DNA of 62,634 bases, filler included, from Choristocarpus tenellus KU-1152 (taxonomy: Eukaryota > Protista > Phaeophyceae), in assembly GCA_964200185.2 (NCBI GenBank). It is 13 parts of 13 records of this genome, joined end to end, with 100 filler letters (N's around TTAATTAATTAA, not from the genome) between each part and the next. Parts side by side here need not be neighbours in the genome. Positions count along the whole stretch, not along the records: positions 20,306 to 30,908 come from CAXNAD020002840.1; positions 31,009 to 37,608 come from CAXNAD020007781.1; 11 more parts are not named here. One strand, given 5' to 3'. This document shows, in pieces, positions 23,113 to 36,400 of this stretch. Both the position numbers and the translations under genes were made by a program. The notes beneath the pieces are model-generated. The model was not told the DNA's origin. It ran no database searches and saw only the letters and a program-made list of their open reading frames with translations. Position 1 is the stretch's first letter. Every line of letters begins with the position of its first letter.

Positions 23113-25613
23113 ATGAAGTTTGATCTGATCGCAGTGTTCTTCCTCCTGCCTTGGACCACTCAGTCAGATGTTGTAGTCGCTAGGTAAGAATGTTGGATAC
23201 CGTGATATGCGGATTTGAGCGTCATTTTAGCACAGGTGGGGATGAACTGCTGATGAAAGGATGAACCTTCTCCATCCCTCTTAGTACAGACTCGCCCGGC
23301 CTATATCCCAATCCATTGCAAAAACACAGGCGACGGAAGCCTTTACCTCGGGAGAAGAAGGCATACGACACCAGCGTACGATCTTTCTCCCCCGATGGCA
23401 GCATCTACCAGGTATTTTGCTGGATCCCTCACTCATCTAGGCAACCCTGTAAGGAAGGTAGTATCAAGTGTTCTGGGGGTGCTTGGATCAAATGCAATAT
23501 CATATTGCAGGGTTCATACTTCTTCCTGTCCCATTTAGGTAGTAACATTGCTGCTTGTATGGGCCCATATTTGTTGGTTTTTTGCTGTCTCGATCCCATA
23601 GATTGAGTACGCAGCGAAGGCGGCAGAGCAGGGAGGCCTGGTCATCGGAGTGCAAACGGATGAAGGGGTGGTTCTCGCAGCTGATACCAGAGAACAGTCA
23701 CCTCTTCTTAAGAGATCTTCAGTTTCTAAGATCAATGATATTGACAGCCAAACCTCGTGCGCCATGTCGGGCTTGCTGCCGGATGGTCGGTTTATGGTCG
23801 ACCACGCTCGGTGAGAAAACCCATGCGTTTTCAGTGAAGGTCAATCTCTTTGCTCATACGTTTTCGTTACCACATTTTGCCGCATATTTACAAAGCTCTC
23901 CAGGAGTGTATTATGGAACAACCTCGAAAAGGTTACTAGAGTTACCCTACCAGTAACTTGGACTAATTGAGGTCATCCTCCATTAAGTCTTATTTTCAAG
24001 TATGGTACATGTTGGCCAGTGACCCCCATAGGAGCATTGTAGGCCGAACCCTTCCAACCTTCTCCTACTACCGATGCCCCCGTTTCTCTACTAGATCATG
24101 GTCACAAGAGCACTGGTTTGAGTTTGAAGAGCCACCCAGTGTTGAAGGGTTGGCAGCTCAGCTCAGCCGGCTGGCACTAAGGTTTAATGGATACGACAAG
24201 GGTACAGAAGAGGGTGGCACAGATGAGGGGGACAAGGAGATAGCCATGTCCCGGCCTGTGGGTGTGGCGCTTCTATTGGCAGGGTCCGACAGCAGGGGCC
24301 CTGTGCTTTACCACCTCGACCCTTCAGGTACATCAGCAATTGAACGTTCGCTGGTTAATTATCCCCCAGGTTTCTGTTCTCTCTGTCATGTGTTTGGTCT
24401 TCAAATGTCCAAAGGTTTGATATTTTTGCCACATACTGCATGCATGTGTTGCTTATGTATCTTTGTGAAGAAGAGTGATGATCATTCTTGTGACTGAAAC
24501 GTGCATGAAGTCACTCCTGAGTACCTCTCTTGTTTTTTTTCAAGTATTTAAACTTTTCTCTCTGGCATCTGCAGAAAGTGTATTGTACAACTCACAAGAC
24601 TGTAGCAGTGCCTCCATGCTTCTAATACCAAGGCAGGAGCAACATTAACAATCTCCGTGAAATTCTTCTTGGCTTACCACCAAGAGTATCATGTGGTTGC
24701 CATAAGAATATATCGATATATTTGTGCACAACACTCAATTTGAAGAGATGAACTCACAAGGTCAAAGTGCTTTCTTTTGGTTTTCGCTTGATTGCTGTAT
24801 CCCCATTGTAAAGGGTAGTAAATGTGGCGCTCTAGACCCTGATCCACTGGCTGCTGAGATTGCTGCAATCCCCATCATGCAAACCTCCATTAGGGCATAT
24901 GCATCCCAGAATGAAGGCCTTGCATTCAGCTTCCATGAAAAGTTCGACTCCGGAAAGTCTCCCTTTGACCAACAATAATACTGGTTGCCCTATAGTTCCT
25001 GAAGTTACATAGTATGCATTCAGTACGAGATGGAATATCCTTGGAGGTCCTTTTTTCTGGAGTAAATTATACTTCAAGGCATTCATATGTGGCCTTAGAC
25101 CACAAGTATCCCCCAAAACCCTTTTCATCTTCGTTCTCACACCTGAATGTTGAATTTGCTCCACTTGCAGGTACCTACCTACAATGGAGAGCCAAGGCAA
25201 TTGGGAAGCAGAGCGACGATGCTGAGGCTAAACTAGAAAAGGTTGAGTACAAAGACTTATCTCTTAGGGATGCAATGGCACTTGTACTAGAAGTGTTTGA
25301 AGCAGTACTGCAAGACGATTTCTCCACTGACAGGGTGGAAATGAGCTGCCTTGACTGCAGTTCGGATGCCAGTGCTGTGGTAAGCAAAGATGATATGAAA
25401 ACAATCGGCGCTGGGGTGGGTGAGGGTGTTGGTGTCGGATTGGAGCACACTCCATTCTTCCGAAGGGTGAGCAAGGCAGCTATGGATGCCATTGTTCAAG
25501 ATGCACAGAAACGACTGTCCAAGAGCAATGAATGCGGGGAAGGTGGAGGGCAAGGTAAATGTGTCCCAAGTGATATTGACAGTCTGAGTGCTGGTGGAAG
25601 GAGTGAAGGATGA
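23113..25613 (+). CDS. 20S proteasome alpha subunit (alpha5-like) with N-terminal signal-peptide-like extension
   Basis: Exons 23113-23183, 23285-23411, 23602-23810, 24095-24327, 25171-25613. YDTSVRSFSPDGSIYQ|IEYA, MSGLLPDGR, MSRPVGVALLLAG.D..GPVLYHLDPSG|TY...AKAIG. Confidence 0.92.
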
Positions 25614-27225
25614 GAAGGTGACACTTTTATTGAAGGATCCTTTTTTTTTTTGCATTCAATGACCATGCCTCTGATCATCCAAACAACTACATCTACTCGG
25701 CTCTACATTTGCTTCGTGCCTGGAACAGTCCTGGGAGTCCCCAAGTATGATGGAAAGCTTACCTATCCAACACCATCAAAAGTGATTTGGAAGACTTCTC
25801 GCACCCAGCATCATGTGCTTCGCCTCTGCTACTACCAGGATCCTTCCTTGAGCTCGAAGTGCAAGCTGCGCGATCTTTTTTCTGGTTCTTCAATGGTCCT
25901 CGTGCAGAATTTACATAACAGATATTTCAACTTGTGTTCCAGTGAACCCTGCTTACCTACCTGTGCGAGTAGCTTGGGACCTACACTGCCCAGGACTTTG
26001 CCTTTGACTCTTCCTGGTCCCAAAGATGGCCTATAGTATATATATGACGAAAAAAGTTGAAGTGGGGATAGGATAAGACCATAGAAACCGATTTTTCTTG
26101 GTACCTTGAAGTCTTAATTGTCCATGTGATTTTTTCGATATTGCGGGCCAAAATGTAGCTTCACATGAACATCAAACATTTGAAGGGAAGACAAAATGGA
26201 TTAGGGGTAAGGATCGGAGAATGTAAATGTATTGCAATATTAAGATTACTAACTCTAAAGCTGGACCTATATTTGTGAATTTCAACCCACTCCGCAGATA
26301 CCAAAAGAAATACATCAACATCTCAACTTGCCCTTTCTTTGGTACCCTTTTAGAGTTACAGCTTTTAATCTGTCCCAAAAAAGATTACACTCAAAGTATT
26401 CAATGTTACAAAGAAACATGCACAGAGGAAAGGGAGGATCTGGATGCACTAGCCTATCTGGGTGCTGCTTGGGTTTACTCCTTCGCACCTGGTCTGGCAA
26501 AAGAGGGAATACCTCTTACATGTACTTTCCTACCTTATTCCTATTAGGGGCAGCAAAAAGGGGGATATCCTATTATAGTGGAACAGCACTACCCAACTCA
26601 GACGTTTCCTTGTAGTTTTAGTGTAGGTGTCCATCTTTTGGCAGAGTTCTGCATCGTGCTGCTGGGTGAGGGATAAAGAGAGAGTAGTTGAAAGTCGGTT
26701 AAGACAAAGAAAAACAGCTGCTATTTTTTTTTGGAGCTATCCATTTGTCTGAGCAACATTGAATCGCATATTCTGACCTGTGGTGTTGTGATGATCCTCA
26801 ACGGAGTCAACTACATTATTATTTTTTGTCAACTTCTGCAAGCTATGCACGCTTCCTTTAGGATTGCTGCGGTCGTGGGGCGTTTGGCTTCCATGTTGTG
26901 AAAAGAGTATCATTTGGGTGGGGATTGATATCCCACCCTTGGCTGAAGCTGCACAGTAGCACAAGATGTGAAGGGGGGTAGGTGTAAGTCAGTCAGCAGC
27001 CAGTCCCCCAGAAAAACACATAATCTGTACTCTGTCCAGCCGGCAGGTATATGCAATGTGTGCATTTTGTATTGTTATACAATAGTATTTTGTAGATTCT
27101 GTGTGGGAGGGAATTTCCACTACTACTACTACTGCTATTTCACTTGTAGTTATTCTAGTTCGAAAATGTGTAAGAAATCTCAGAATTTCGGGACCGACTA
27201 TCTCAAGACAAGCAAGTGTTGCTGT

Positions 27226-27489
27226 GAATCAAAGTAAATGAGAGGTACCACCTGGAGTTGCATTTTGAGGATGCTGGCAACTGCAATATTCGACTTTTTG
27301 TACAAAAGTGTATGGGGACTTTTTTTAAGAATTTTGTCGAAAATTTCAAGGAATAGAGAAGCCAAGTCATCTCTCTCAACTCAATGTTATCACTGAATCC
27401 ATAGAAGTAAGAGCGTAGTGAAAAAAGATGAAAAAAGTGGGGTAAACTGCAAAACAGTCAAAACCTGGATACCTCTCATTTATTTCGCC
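27226..27489 (+). mobile_element. MITE family C, probable TSD TGT
   Basis: TGT|GAATCAAAGTAAATGAGAGGTA ... TACCTCTCATTTATTTCGCC|TGT. Confidence 0.75.
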
Positions 27490-27545
27490 TGTATTTTCGA
27501 ACCGTTCCGACTTCTTCCTCATTTTAGGCAGGTCTGAACATATTG

Positions 27546-27727
27546 GAGTCAAAGTATCTTGGGAGGGGGGGGGGGGTTCTACACCGGGGTGTCCATTCGG
27601 GCCTTGACCAGGAAAAGTGGACTTACTTTATCCATCTGACGCATGAAACCAAATCACCCAAAAATCACGACATGGAAAAATGGGCTCGGAATGGACAGCC
27701 GCCACCCCCTCCCAGATACTTTGAGCC
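27546..27727 (+). mobile_element. MITE family B, complete ~180-bp copy
   Basis: GAGTCAAAGTATCTTGGGAGGGGG ... CCCCCTCCCAGATACTTTGAGCC. Confidence 0.88.
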
Positions 27728-28679
27728 ATCACCAAGTACAAATTACTTCTGAAAGGTTTACTCACTTTTTCACTCTATTATGTGCAGCCATGCCAAGAGA
27801 GCGCCTAAGTATCTAGAAGGACTGGGAGAGGGTAACTACATGGATGGGAGGAGATTGATGTGTTGGAGTCCTGAGGTCTGATAGGTCAATACGTATATGT
27901 CATGCATAATACATACTCTCTTGGGTCAGAAAAAAAGTTAGGGTGACTCTTTTTTTCACCAATTAATGAGACCTCCACCTCTCTGACTCCGAACACAATA
28001 TAACTTGCTATCTTCACGCATTGAATTTAAGACGTAAAAATGGTAACGTCAAACGTAACATACGAACATAAATATAATAGATAATATGTAGGGGTATGGG
28101 GGGGGTGATGACTACATGTATCTGCCGTATTGTCCACAGACAGGAGGATGGCTTGTCCAGCTCCACAACATTCCATGCATCAAACGGTGAGCTACAAGTT
28201 GTAGTAGCAGGTTGACGGACCAGGCTTCAGGTTCGTTTGGTGGTACTTGATTCGCTTCTGTCTTAGTATGGTCGTCACTCTGGAGAAAATCGGAAGCACT
28301 TCTTCCTCGTCCACAACCCCTGAAAATATCCCCCAACAGACAACAAACAGTACTACTCCCACGTTCACTTGAGAGTTCCATTACCTTTCCAAGGCACATT
28401 GACCAGGCGGACGACACAGTTTGTAGTTAAATATATCCCTCTACCTGTAATTTTGTGGTTGCGTTGTGTGTGGAAGGAGAATTGATTGTTGGACATGATA
28501 CCACTTTCTCCAACTTGAATATATAATATATGTTGAAAAACAAAATGCATCATTCAGAGGTATACCTTTGGGGGGTATAGTTGGAGTAGTATTGATATAT
28601 CACTTGATCCCAAATATACAAATCACAATGTTGTAAGGAGTTGAAGCCAATAGATAGAGTAGTTCTAGTGCCTCTAATC

Positions 28680-29833
28680 ATGGGACCGCGACATGCCAGT
28701 GGGGAAAAACACTTCACGGACCACATATTTCTCTCTACATGGCCACATGCATTCGTTATTTCGATAGTAGGTTATGCTATACTTCTTGGGTTTGTGAATT
28801 GTACAGACATTTATGATGAGCAAGTATCACGGCAACAGGCAGCCTTGTCTTCAATCGCGTATTGCAAAGAGGCAAGAATCGAGAACTGGGACTGTGCCAC
28901 TTGCCAAGAATTCCCTGGATATGTAAATGTGACGGCACTGCAGGGGCCACGAAATGCCAGAGGCTTCGTAGCTCTAAGTATCAAAGAATCAAAACAACTG
29001 AAGCGCAAGGTTTCCTCTCCGATGGTGATAGAGGTGGCCTTCGCGGGGACAGATGTGGCGAGCATCAGGAACTGGATGGATGACCTGGAGGTATTCCCAG
29101 TGTCCCACTACTATGACCGAAAGCGGTGCAGGGCGTGCAAGGTGCACATGGGTTTTTTGGCCACTTACGAAGCACTTCAAGACGATGTGAGATCGCTAGG
29201 AACCTGGTGAACACAATTTTCATTCTACTTAACAGTTATTCATTGAGAGGTTCAACGTCTCTGTGAGCTTGAGTTCCTGAAATGGCTTCGCAAACAGGCC
29301 TTAGATCTCACTGGCAGTTATTGAAGATGTGTTCCCCCCATCATTTATTCATGTTCCGCCAGGTGCTCTCAACAGTGACCAGACTCCTCAAGCAGCATCC
29401 GGGCGTGCAGGTGGCGCTGACTGGGCATTCACTAGGAGGCGCCCTCGCAATTCTCTGCGCGCTGGACTTGAAGGCAAAAATCCGGGGTGTGGACCTCGCA
29501 CCTCTATACCTGTTTGGGGCGCCTCGAGTGGGCAATGGTGCCTTCGCACAGTTCACCGCCAGTCAAGATTTTCAAATCTTTCGTGTAATCCACAACCGCG
29601 ATCCCGTGCCCCACTTGCCATTCATGTCTTGGGGGTTTAGACATCCGCCACAAGAGGTGCTATATGACCAGGCCCAGAACATTCATGTTGTTTGTAGCTT
29701 GGAGACCGGAGAGGATGCTACATGCTCTGACCGCTTTCCAGTGGCATTTGATCTTATGCGTATGGACGACCATACATCCTATCTCGGAGTTGACTTCTCA
29801 GCAACTTACGTACACTGTGCTTTATTGGTGTAG
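28680..29833 (+). CDS. Class 3 lipase (alpha/beta hydrolase)
   Basis: Exons 28680-29186 and 29363-29833 (GT-AG, phase 0). VAFAGT, KVHMGF, TGHSLGG, FGAPRVGN, DPVPHLP, DDHTSYLG; N-terminal hydrophobic segment. Confidence 0.95.
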
Positions 29834-31008
29834 AGTAGAGTGTGTATGACGAATGCCTCACCCTCTCACGATTAGGATGAGTGGCTTAATCTCCTCTTGC
29901 ACATTAGTATTCAAGTACCAGCACTCCTGCCGAAATTTAGAATGTGATCTCTTGAGGGCATATTTCAGTATTTCAAAGAAGTGTATACTGACTGTAAATA
30001 CAGTGCTAGTAGATATAAAACTGTATAGGTGTGTACATAATATTTATTTGGAGACGGGTTGTCTTCGACTCCAGAATAGACTTATATTTGAATCTGTAGT
30101 GCCACCTGGTATAATATCATTTCCGTGTACAAACCACCATAGGTTGCACACCTGCTGTAAATTGTGAACACCTGCTGAATTTGCTATTAGCATATTTCTA
30201 GCACACTGAAAGTTTCAGAGCATCATAGATAGTTTCGACTTGAACCCATATTGGTCCATCTCATGGGCAAAACCTTTTGATTAGTAAGTAATATATATCA
30301 CGTATGTTTACATGTTGCACGATTCGCTTTAAATTCCTTGAAGCCTTACGCATTTCCTCATGGTCAGCCCACACATTGCATGCACACTTTGATTTAAGCA
30401 AATGCATCAAGTAATTTCAAGCCTATTTATGATACAGTCATGTAGATTCTTTCTGGTCCTAACACTCTTGATACAGTTCATATAATGATCAGAAGTGATT
30501 ATTGATGAAGACCAACCATGAAACCTATAGAGCAAGGTCCACTGCTGCTCCTTTTTGCGGTGAAGAGCATCTGAATAAATCTTTTGAGTGTCCATTTGTG
30601 TTCAAACATTCTACACAGTCAAGTACATCATGTAACGATTGATGTATGCACGTTAAATATTCCCACATCAAAAAAGATTGATGGGTGTCACAGACCAATG
30701 AAAACAAGGTCATTGTATGCCGGAGGTGAGGCAATTTACACCCTGTTGAGTAAAGCAGGTTAAAAAATCTTTTACCTGACACCACTATTTCCATGCCCAA
30801 AATGGAGGTGTTGTAGAAGAGACATACGTTTGTCCACACAAACGCGGAATTGCCCTCCAGGGTGTTAGGGGCACATACACAGTCACAGAGGCCCCTTACA
30901 CTCAACTGNNNNNNNNNNNNNNNNNNNNNNNNNNNNNNNNNNNNNNNNNNNNTTAATTAATTAANNNNNNNNNNNNNNNNNNNNNNNNNNNNNNNNNNNN
31001 NNNNNNNN

Positions 31009-31074
31009 CATGGGAAGCCAAGCCCCAAATGGACAAACAGGTCAAAACTCGTACCCTCTAAGATACTTTCACTC
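31009..31074 (+). mobile_element. MITE family A, right end
   Basis: ..CAAAACTCGTACCCTCTAAGATACTTTCACTC. Confidence 0.85.
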
Positions 31075-33415
31075 GATAAATACACATCCCACCCGCAACA
31101 TACAGCCCTAACCCTCAGTCTCCAAAACGCCTTCCATGGTTGAAACGAAGAACAAGAAATTCTGTTTCTTTTTTGGTTCCCTCGTTTCATGATCAAATTT
31201 TCAGGTCCTGGCTGCCCAAGGACAAAACCGAGACGTTGACGGATTCTGTTGGCTCCTGTGGGAAACTCAAATCATGTCATGTCACTGAGATTGAGCATCA
31301 GACCCAATACTTGACAGGAACGGAGGTGGGTAGAACGGTAGATCAATCTCCTTTTCGATGCGACTTTGTTCTTTGTTTGACAAACCTGTCACAGTTTGAT
31401 AACGTCTGATCCCGACACTAGGAAACTAAAAACACTTGCCTCGCTCAGCTTTACACCATTTTTCGCCTGTCACAAATGTTCGTGTTTGCTAAAACATGAG
31501 AAGAAATGCTCGCATTTGTTAGAACACAAGAAGAGATGCTCGCGCTATTCGCCTTTAACACTGATCTCTGTTTGTGTGTATATCCAACCTCCTCACGTAA
31601 GGATACCTCTGTTTCTCTATATCCACCAGTCATCATGCCCTAACTACTTCCCCAAGTACGTATTGTACGACCCCTCAATCAATCGCTATAATTACCCCAT
31701 GAATTAATTCTATAGGCATACACAAAACTGAGGTTCTCGGACACCTTCCCGTTTTCCCTCCTCTCACCTTTCCACTGTTCCCTGAGGCATTCGAGTCTCG
31801 CGCCCGCCTCCAGGCATCACGCCACTACCCTGTTCTTGGTCGGGGTGTTTGAGTCTGGAACCCGGACAGACTTGCAGAATTGGGACCAGCGGGCGACAGC
31901 GGGATGAGCGAGCCGCTCGAACGACAGGGGGCCTTTGTCCAAGGCATCCCAATAAACTCCCGCTTTGACAGTTTCACGATGTTTTTGAACCCTTTCAAAA
32001 GCGACTGGGTCAACTTTGTACTGGTGATCTTCCACAGTCATGACAGTCCACCATCTCAAACTTTGCACGCTTTCCAATTTATTGAAGAGGTAAGCCTCTT
32101 CCGGAGGGTTTATTATGTGGGTCGATCCAGGGCGAGAAGGAGCTTACAAAAGTTATGTTACATTTAATTCCGAACGAAGGAAGCAATATATAATCTTTCT
32201 TATGTATGTAGTTTATTTGTTTTTTCATGAGAGGTTTGAAGTATATCATTGTTTGTAGGTACTTTTCTTATGTGCCACAAAAGAACCACTAATTAAATGA
32301 TCTATTTCATTTATATATGAACACCAATACCACAATATATAACACTTACGGCATTTTATTTCTTTAGGGCTTATACTGATATACGCATCGTTCTCATTTG
32401 TTTTCCCCCTGACACATCTGCAAAATGTCAGAGGTCATAATAATATATATATATATATATATATAAAAAACACTTCGAAATATACATTATTCTTAACATT
32501 AATCAAAAAATATATATGTAGGGAACCAAGAACAAAAACTACACATCCGAACAGAAACGAGAGAGGACTACAATACTCTTTCTCATTTGTAGGATTAAAT
32601 TATCACTACTAAAACAAGGTAAGAATATACTCCTCACAATTTCCTAAACCCATATTCATTCATTCATCGTTCTTTCGTTCGTTCGTCCTTTTTTGTCTCC
32701 ACTTTTGCTGTCTGCCCTCTTATTCTCCTTCTTGTTCTTCGCTGTTATCGTTGTGAGGAGGAGGAAGAGGAGTATGTGATTCGACAATAATAGGTATTTG
32801 TTGCTTTCAAATAGTTAGTGTTACAACTCTAGTACTAATGTGTGTGGATGAGGTCTATTGTAGGTCCAACAATTTGAATAAGATAATCATGACATTCTAT
32901 GTAAGTATTTATAAAATGAACGTATCAACGTAGAACCACGTGCACGTCTACAATAGCAGTCGTTACTGCTGTTGTTTTATCCTTCTCCAACCAACTCAAA
33001 TTTCAAATTTCATCATCACGCACAATAATGAAGTAAGGTACCTGTCACTTTCCAATTGTGAACTTACATCATCACCCTACTTCTCATTGTTCAAAGTGAT
33101 TTCTTCATGACCTATTTTGACGTTTAGCACCTCACCTTTGACCAAACGAAGATACAGACAGGAATACCCCTCGTATTGCCCATTCCATAACCGAATCCAA
33201 CTGACAACCAAACCGAAGAAAAAACCCGGTTTTACAACCCACGAAACGCGACAAAACGTGGGCGAGTTATTTTTGAGACCTTTACACCAGAGAGTCAAGA
33301 CGTTGAATATTTTCATATATCCCAGGTCAGAGGCCGTGGATACTGCAGACCTCCTGCACAAGTGGTAGTCGGACGACTTCTCCGTGGTGACTTGCGCCAT
33401 CCTTGCAGGCAGAGC

Positions 33416-36400
33416 ATGAGCAGCTCTTCGTGTGGATCGCTGCCAGTGTTGCGGGTGCTCTATGTGGATGGGTGTGTGTTGAATGTTCAGGCAAGGACGG
33501 TCGACGCTGACTCTTTTTCTAAATTCCACCGAAAGATTGCTGAGTATGGACCCAGGACGATGGCGTTATGGACGTTTTAAGAATATGATTCAAAGCCTGC
33601 TGCCTTTTGTTACTCACATGCTCCTTTGTATCCTTGTTCGAACGGATCCGAGCAACATGTTGTTGTGCAGTCACTGAATATGTGATGTGGAAGATGGTAT
33701 TTGGAGCCGATAGGCCCAAAGACCAAAGGGACATATGTAAACCTTTCCTGTCGCTGCCCCGTACTTCCCTTAAGCACACCCACCCCAAGCTGTGTGAAAT
33801 ATACCACCAAGCTGCACTGTGCGAGAACACATCGCATTGAAATAAACGCATTAAGTGCGTGGATCTTGAATGCCTGTGCGCAAAAAACGTCCTCGGGTAT
33901 CTTTCCCTTCACCTCATCCCTCCCCTTCACTGCCACCAATGCCCTACCTAACTTGAACTCCAACTATTGTGGGAATCCCTGACTGCCATACTCCTCACGC
34001 TCTCAACCCATTCCCGCTGCAAAATAACAGCTAGTAGCAGAAATATTACACGAGATGACAGAGCAACTACCTGCACACTATGTCTTCGACGTGGTCACCA
34101 GCAACTTTGCGGCAGTGGCGCGCGTGAGTCGCATCACTTACCACGCTGTGTGTTTGGCAGAAGACCGCTCGAGCTCGTTAGATGGGAGGAGCGCTGCGGA
34201 GTTCTTGCGTCAGGCAAGGGAAATTGGGCGGAGGGGAGTTCCGAATCTGATTCTTACCAAGATCGAGTGTAGGGGAGATAGTGTCAAATAAGCAACTATG
34301 ACAACGAAATACCGACCTGCAACCTTGAGCCGATAGGTTGCAATCATTCTGCAACACTTCCAACCCTCTCTTTGATTGAATCACTTACATGAACCCAGAA
34401 AGCATCGTTTAAATCGATATACTTGGCAACCCCGTAGCAGAAATAGGAGAGCGAAAAAGGGCGTTAATGAAATGGTTGTATGAAGATCACTCACACTCGA
34501 ACAGGAAAACAAGTCGTCGCAAGGGAACACTTGCGAAGAAGTATTGTTGGTTTTGTCAGTGCGGTTTGACTTGACTCATATGTGGTATGGTCTTCTTTCG
34601 TCTCTGTATGTCAGGAGTTCATGCACCCTATTCCCACCACCTCACTAGCACCTTGTGCAATTGCCTAATGGACAAGCGAGCACAAAGACACAACACACAC
34701 ACACACACACACATGTACATACATGTACACATACACATACACATACAAATACACGTATACGAAATCAGTTATTTTACAACCCCAAATTCCATATTCCACG
34801 CAACAGACATGCCCTGGCCTAACGCTAATACTACTGCTGGATGACAATAGAGTCAAATCTCACAAGGGAGAAGTTTTGGGGGTCCGTGAGGGGGATCACA
34901 GAATTGAATGCCACAGCAAGGCTGAGGATAAAACGAACGGCAACATGGGCAAGACTCGGGCAGGGATCACAACTCAGCGCAACGAGGAGGTAGACTTTTC
35001 GGTTGTGGACTATGTGCTGAGGAAACCGTTCTCGAATGAGACGTTTCAACGGTTGCTGAAGGCAGTGGAAGACGATCAGAAGCAGGTCTGGCACCGACGT
35101 TTGTTTTTAAGACAAAGTATCTTAGAGGGTAGATAGAGCCGCGTCCATTTGGGGGCCAAAATCCAACCTTTCGACTTTAATACAGTTTTGGCTGTCGCAT
35201 TTGTTGGGAGATGTCAATATCCTTGTTCTTTCTGGACACACCTTCTCGTAACGAATACATTTTACCCACTCCAAAACAGTTTTGGAGTGGGTAAAATGTC
35301 ATTAAAAACCCGAGGGAAGCCAAGCCCAAAATGGACAAACAGGGCAAAAACTTGTACCCTCTAAGATACTTTAACTCTTCCTATGCCTCTAACCTATGTA
35401 ACCGACTTTGAAGGTGTACCTCTTCTTTGAGTCATGTGAACATAGAGGGGTCAGGTGATGTTGCCAGGCGAGTGTATCCACTTTGGTCATGGTGATAGAC
35501 AGAGGGTCTTACCAGTTACTTTTCGATGTTTGCCTTTTGAAGTGTGTACTATAAGAGTATGGACCCCTCAAGTCTTGACAAATCTTGACACACAAGTAGG
35601 AACATTTGTATTTTTCAGTCATCTACCTGTTGTCTCTTCCTCTGACTCTCCCGCTGTTAGTTGGAGAGTCTTATTACTACTCAATCTATCACAGCATGAC
35701 GGGTGGCAAGTCAAAGCACTTTGAAGGGAGTGAGCCCTGTCTGTATCTATCTGCCACACGAGCAATGAAGTGGTAGATCTTTACTCTCCTCCCCATCGTG
35801 CAACCTGGAGCACCGCAAAAACCAAACTCTTTTTGATCTCTCACAACGATAGAGTACATCTACTCACTATCCGCTTTTATCGCCGTATAGCTCATGCTTC
35901 TTTTTTTTTTTTTCTGGCTGTCGAAATGGGGGATACACACACGTATGCACATAGTCATCTTCGTTGTTACACCTTCTCAAGGCGTTTCTTAAGATGTAGG
36001 TCATAATCTGTGTATCCTTCTTATTTTTTATTTCTTTTTTATTTCTTTTGTTCAGTGTTGTATGTACGGTGGCGTTTTGGCTCCTTGGAGTTCGAGCCGC
36101 ACACAAGTGCATAGAGTTGTTTTCGTGTGTCATGGCCTGGATGCCGCATCTTACTGCACTAAGTACCGCCTGATCCGAGAGAGGTTGACAGCAGGACAAG
36201 GATGAACAAGGTGGTCTGAAAATGAAATGCCTCCCAGGGATTTTGAGCGCAGACAAACTGACAAGGTAGAATCGGTGCTAGTTGCTTCGACGAGAACGGA
36301 ATTGCTCGAGAGTACGCCTGCACACAACTCTTACGCCTGCAGACAACTCTTACGCCTGCACACAACTCTTACGCCTGCACACAACTCTTCTGATTCCTTC

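Noticed and set aside
25650-28560. Possible minus-strand gene between the proteasome and lipase genes
   Set aside because: Candidate exons contain stops and no recognisable domain could be assembled.
30407-30905. TLDc-like WTLLY..HG motif on the minus strand
   Set aside because: Too short; no consistent exon structure or further motifs.
33077-34291. Frameshifted intronless viral-like gene
   Set aside because: Better explained as exons of the pseudo-receiver gene with GC-AG introns.
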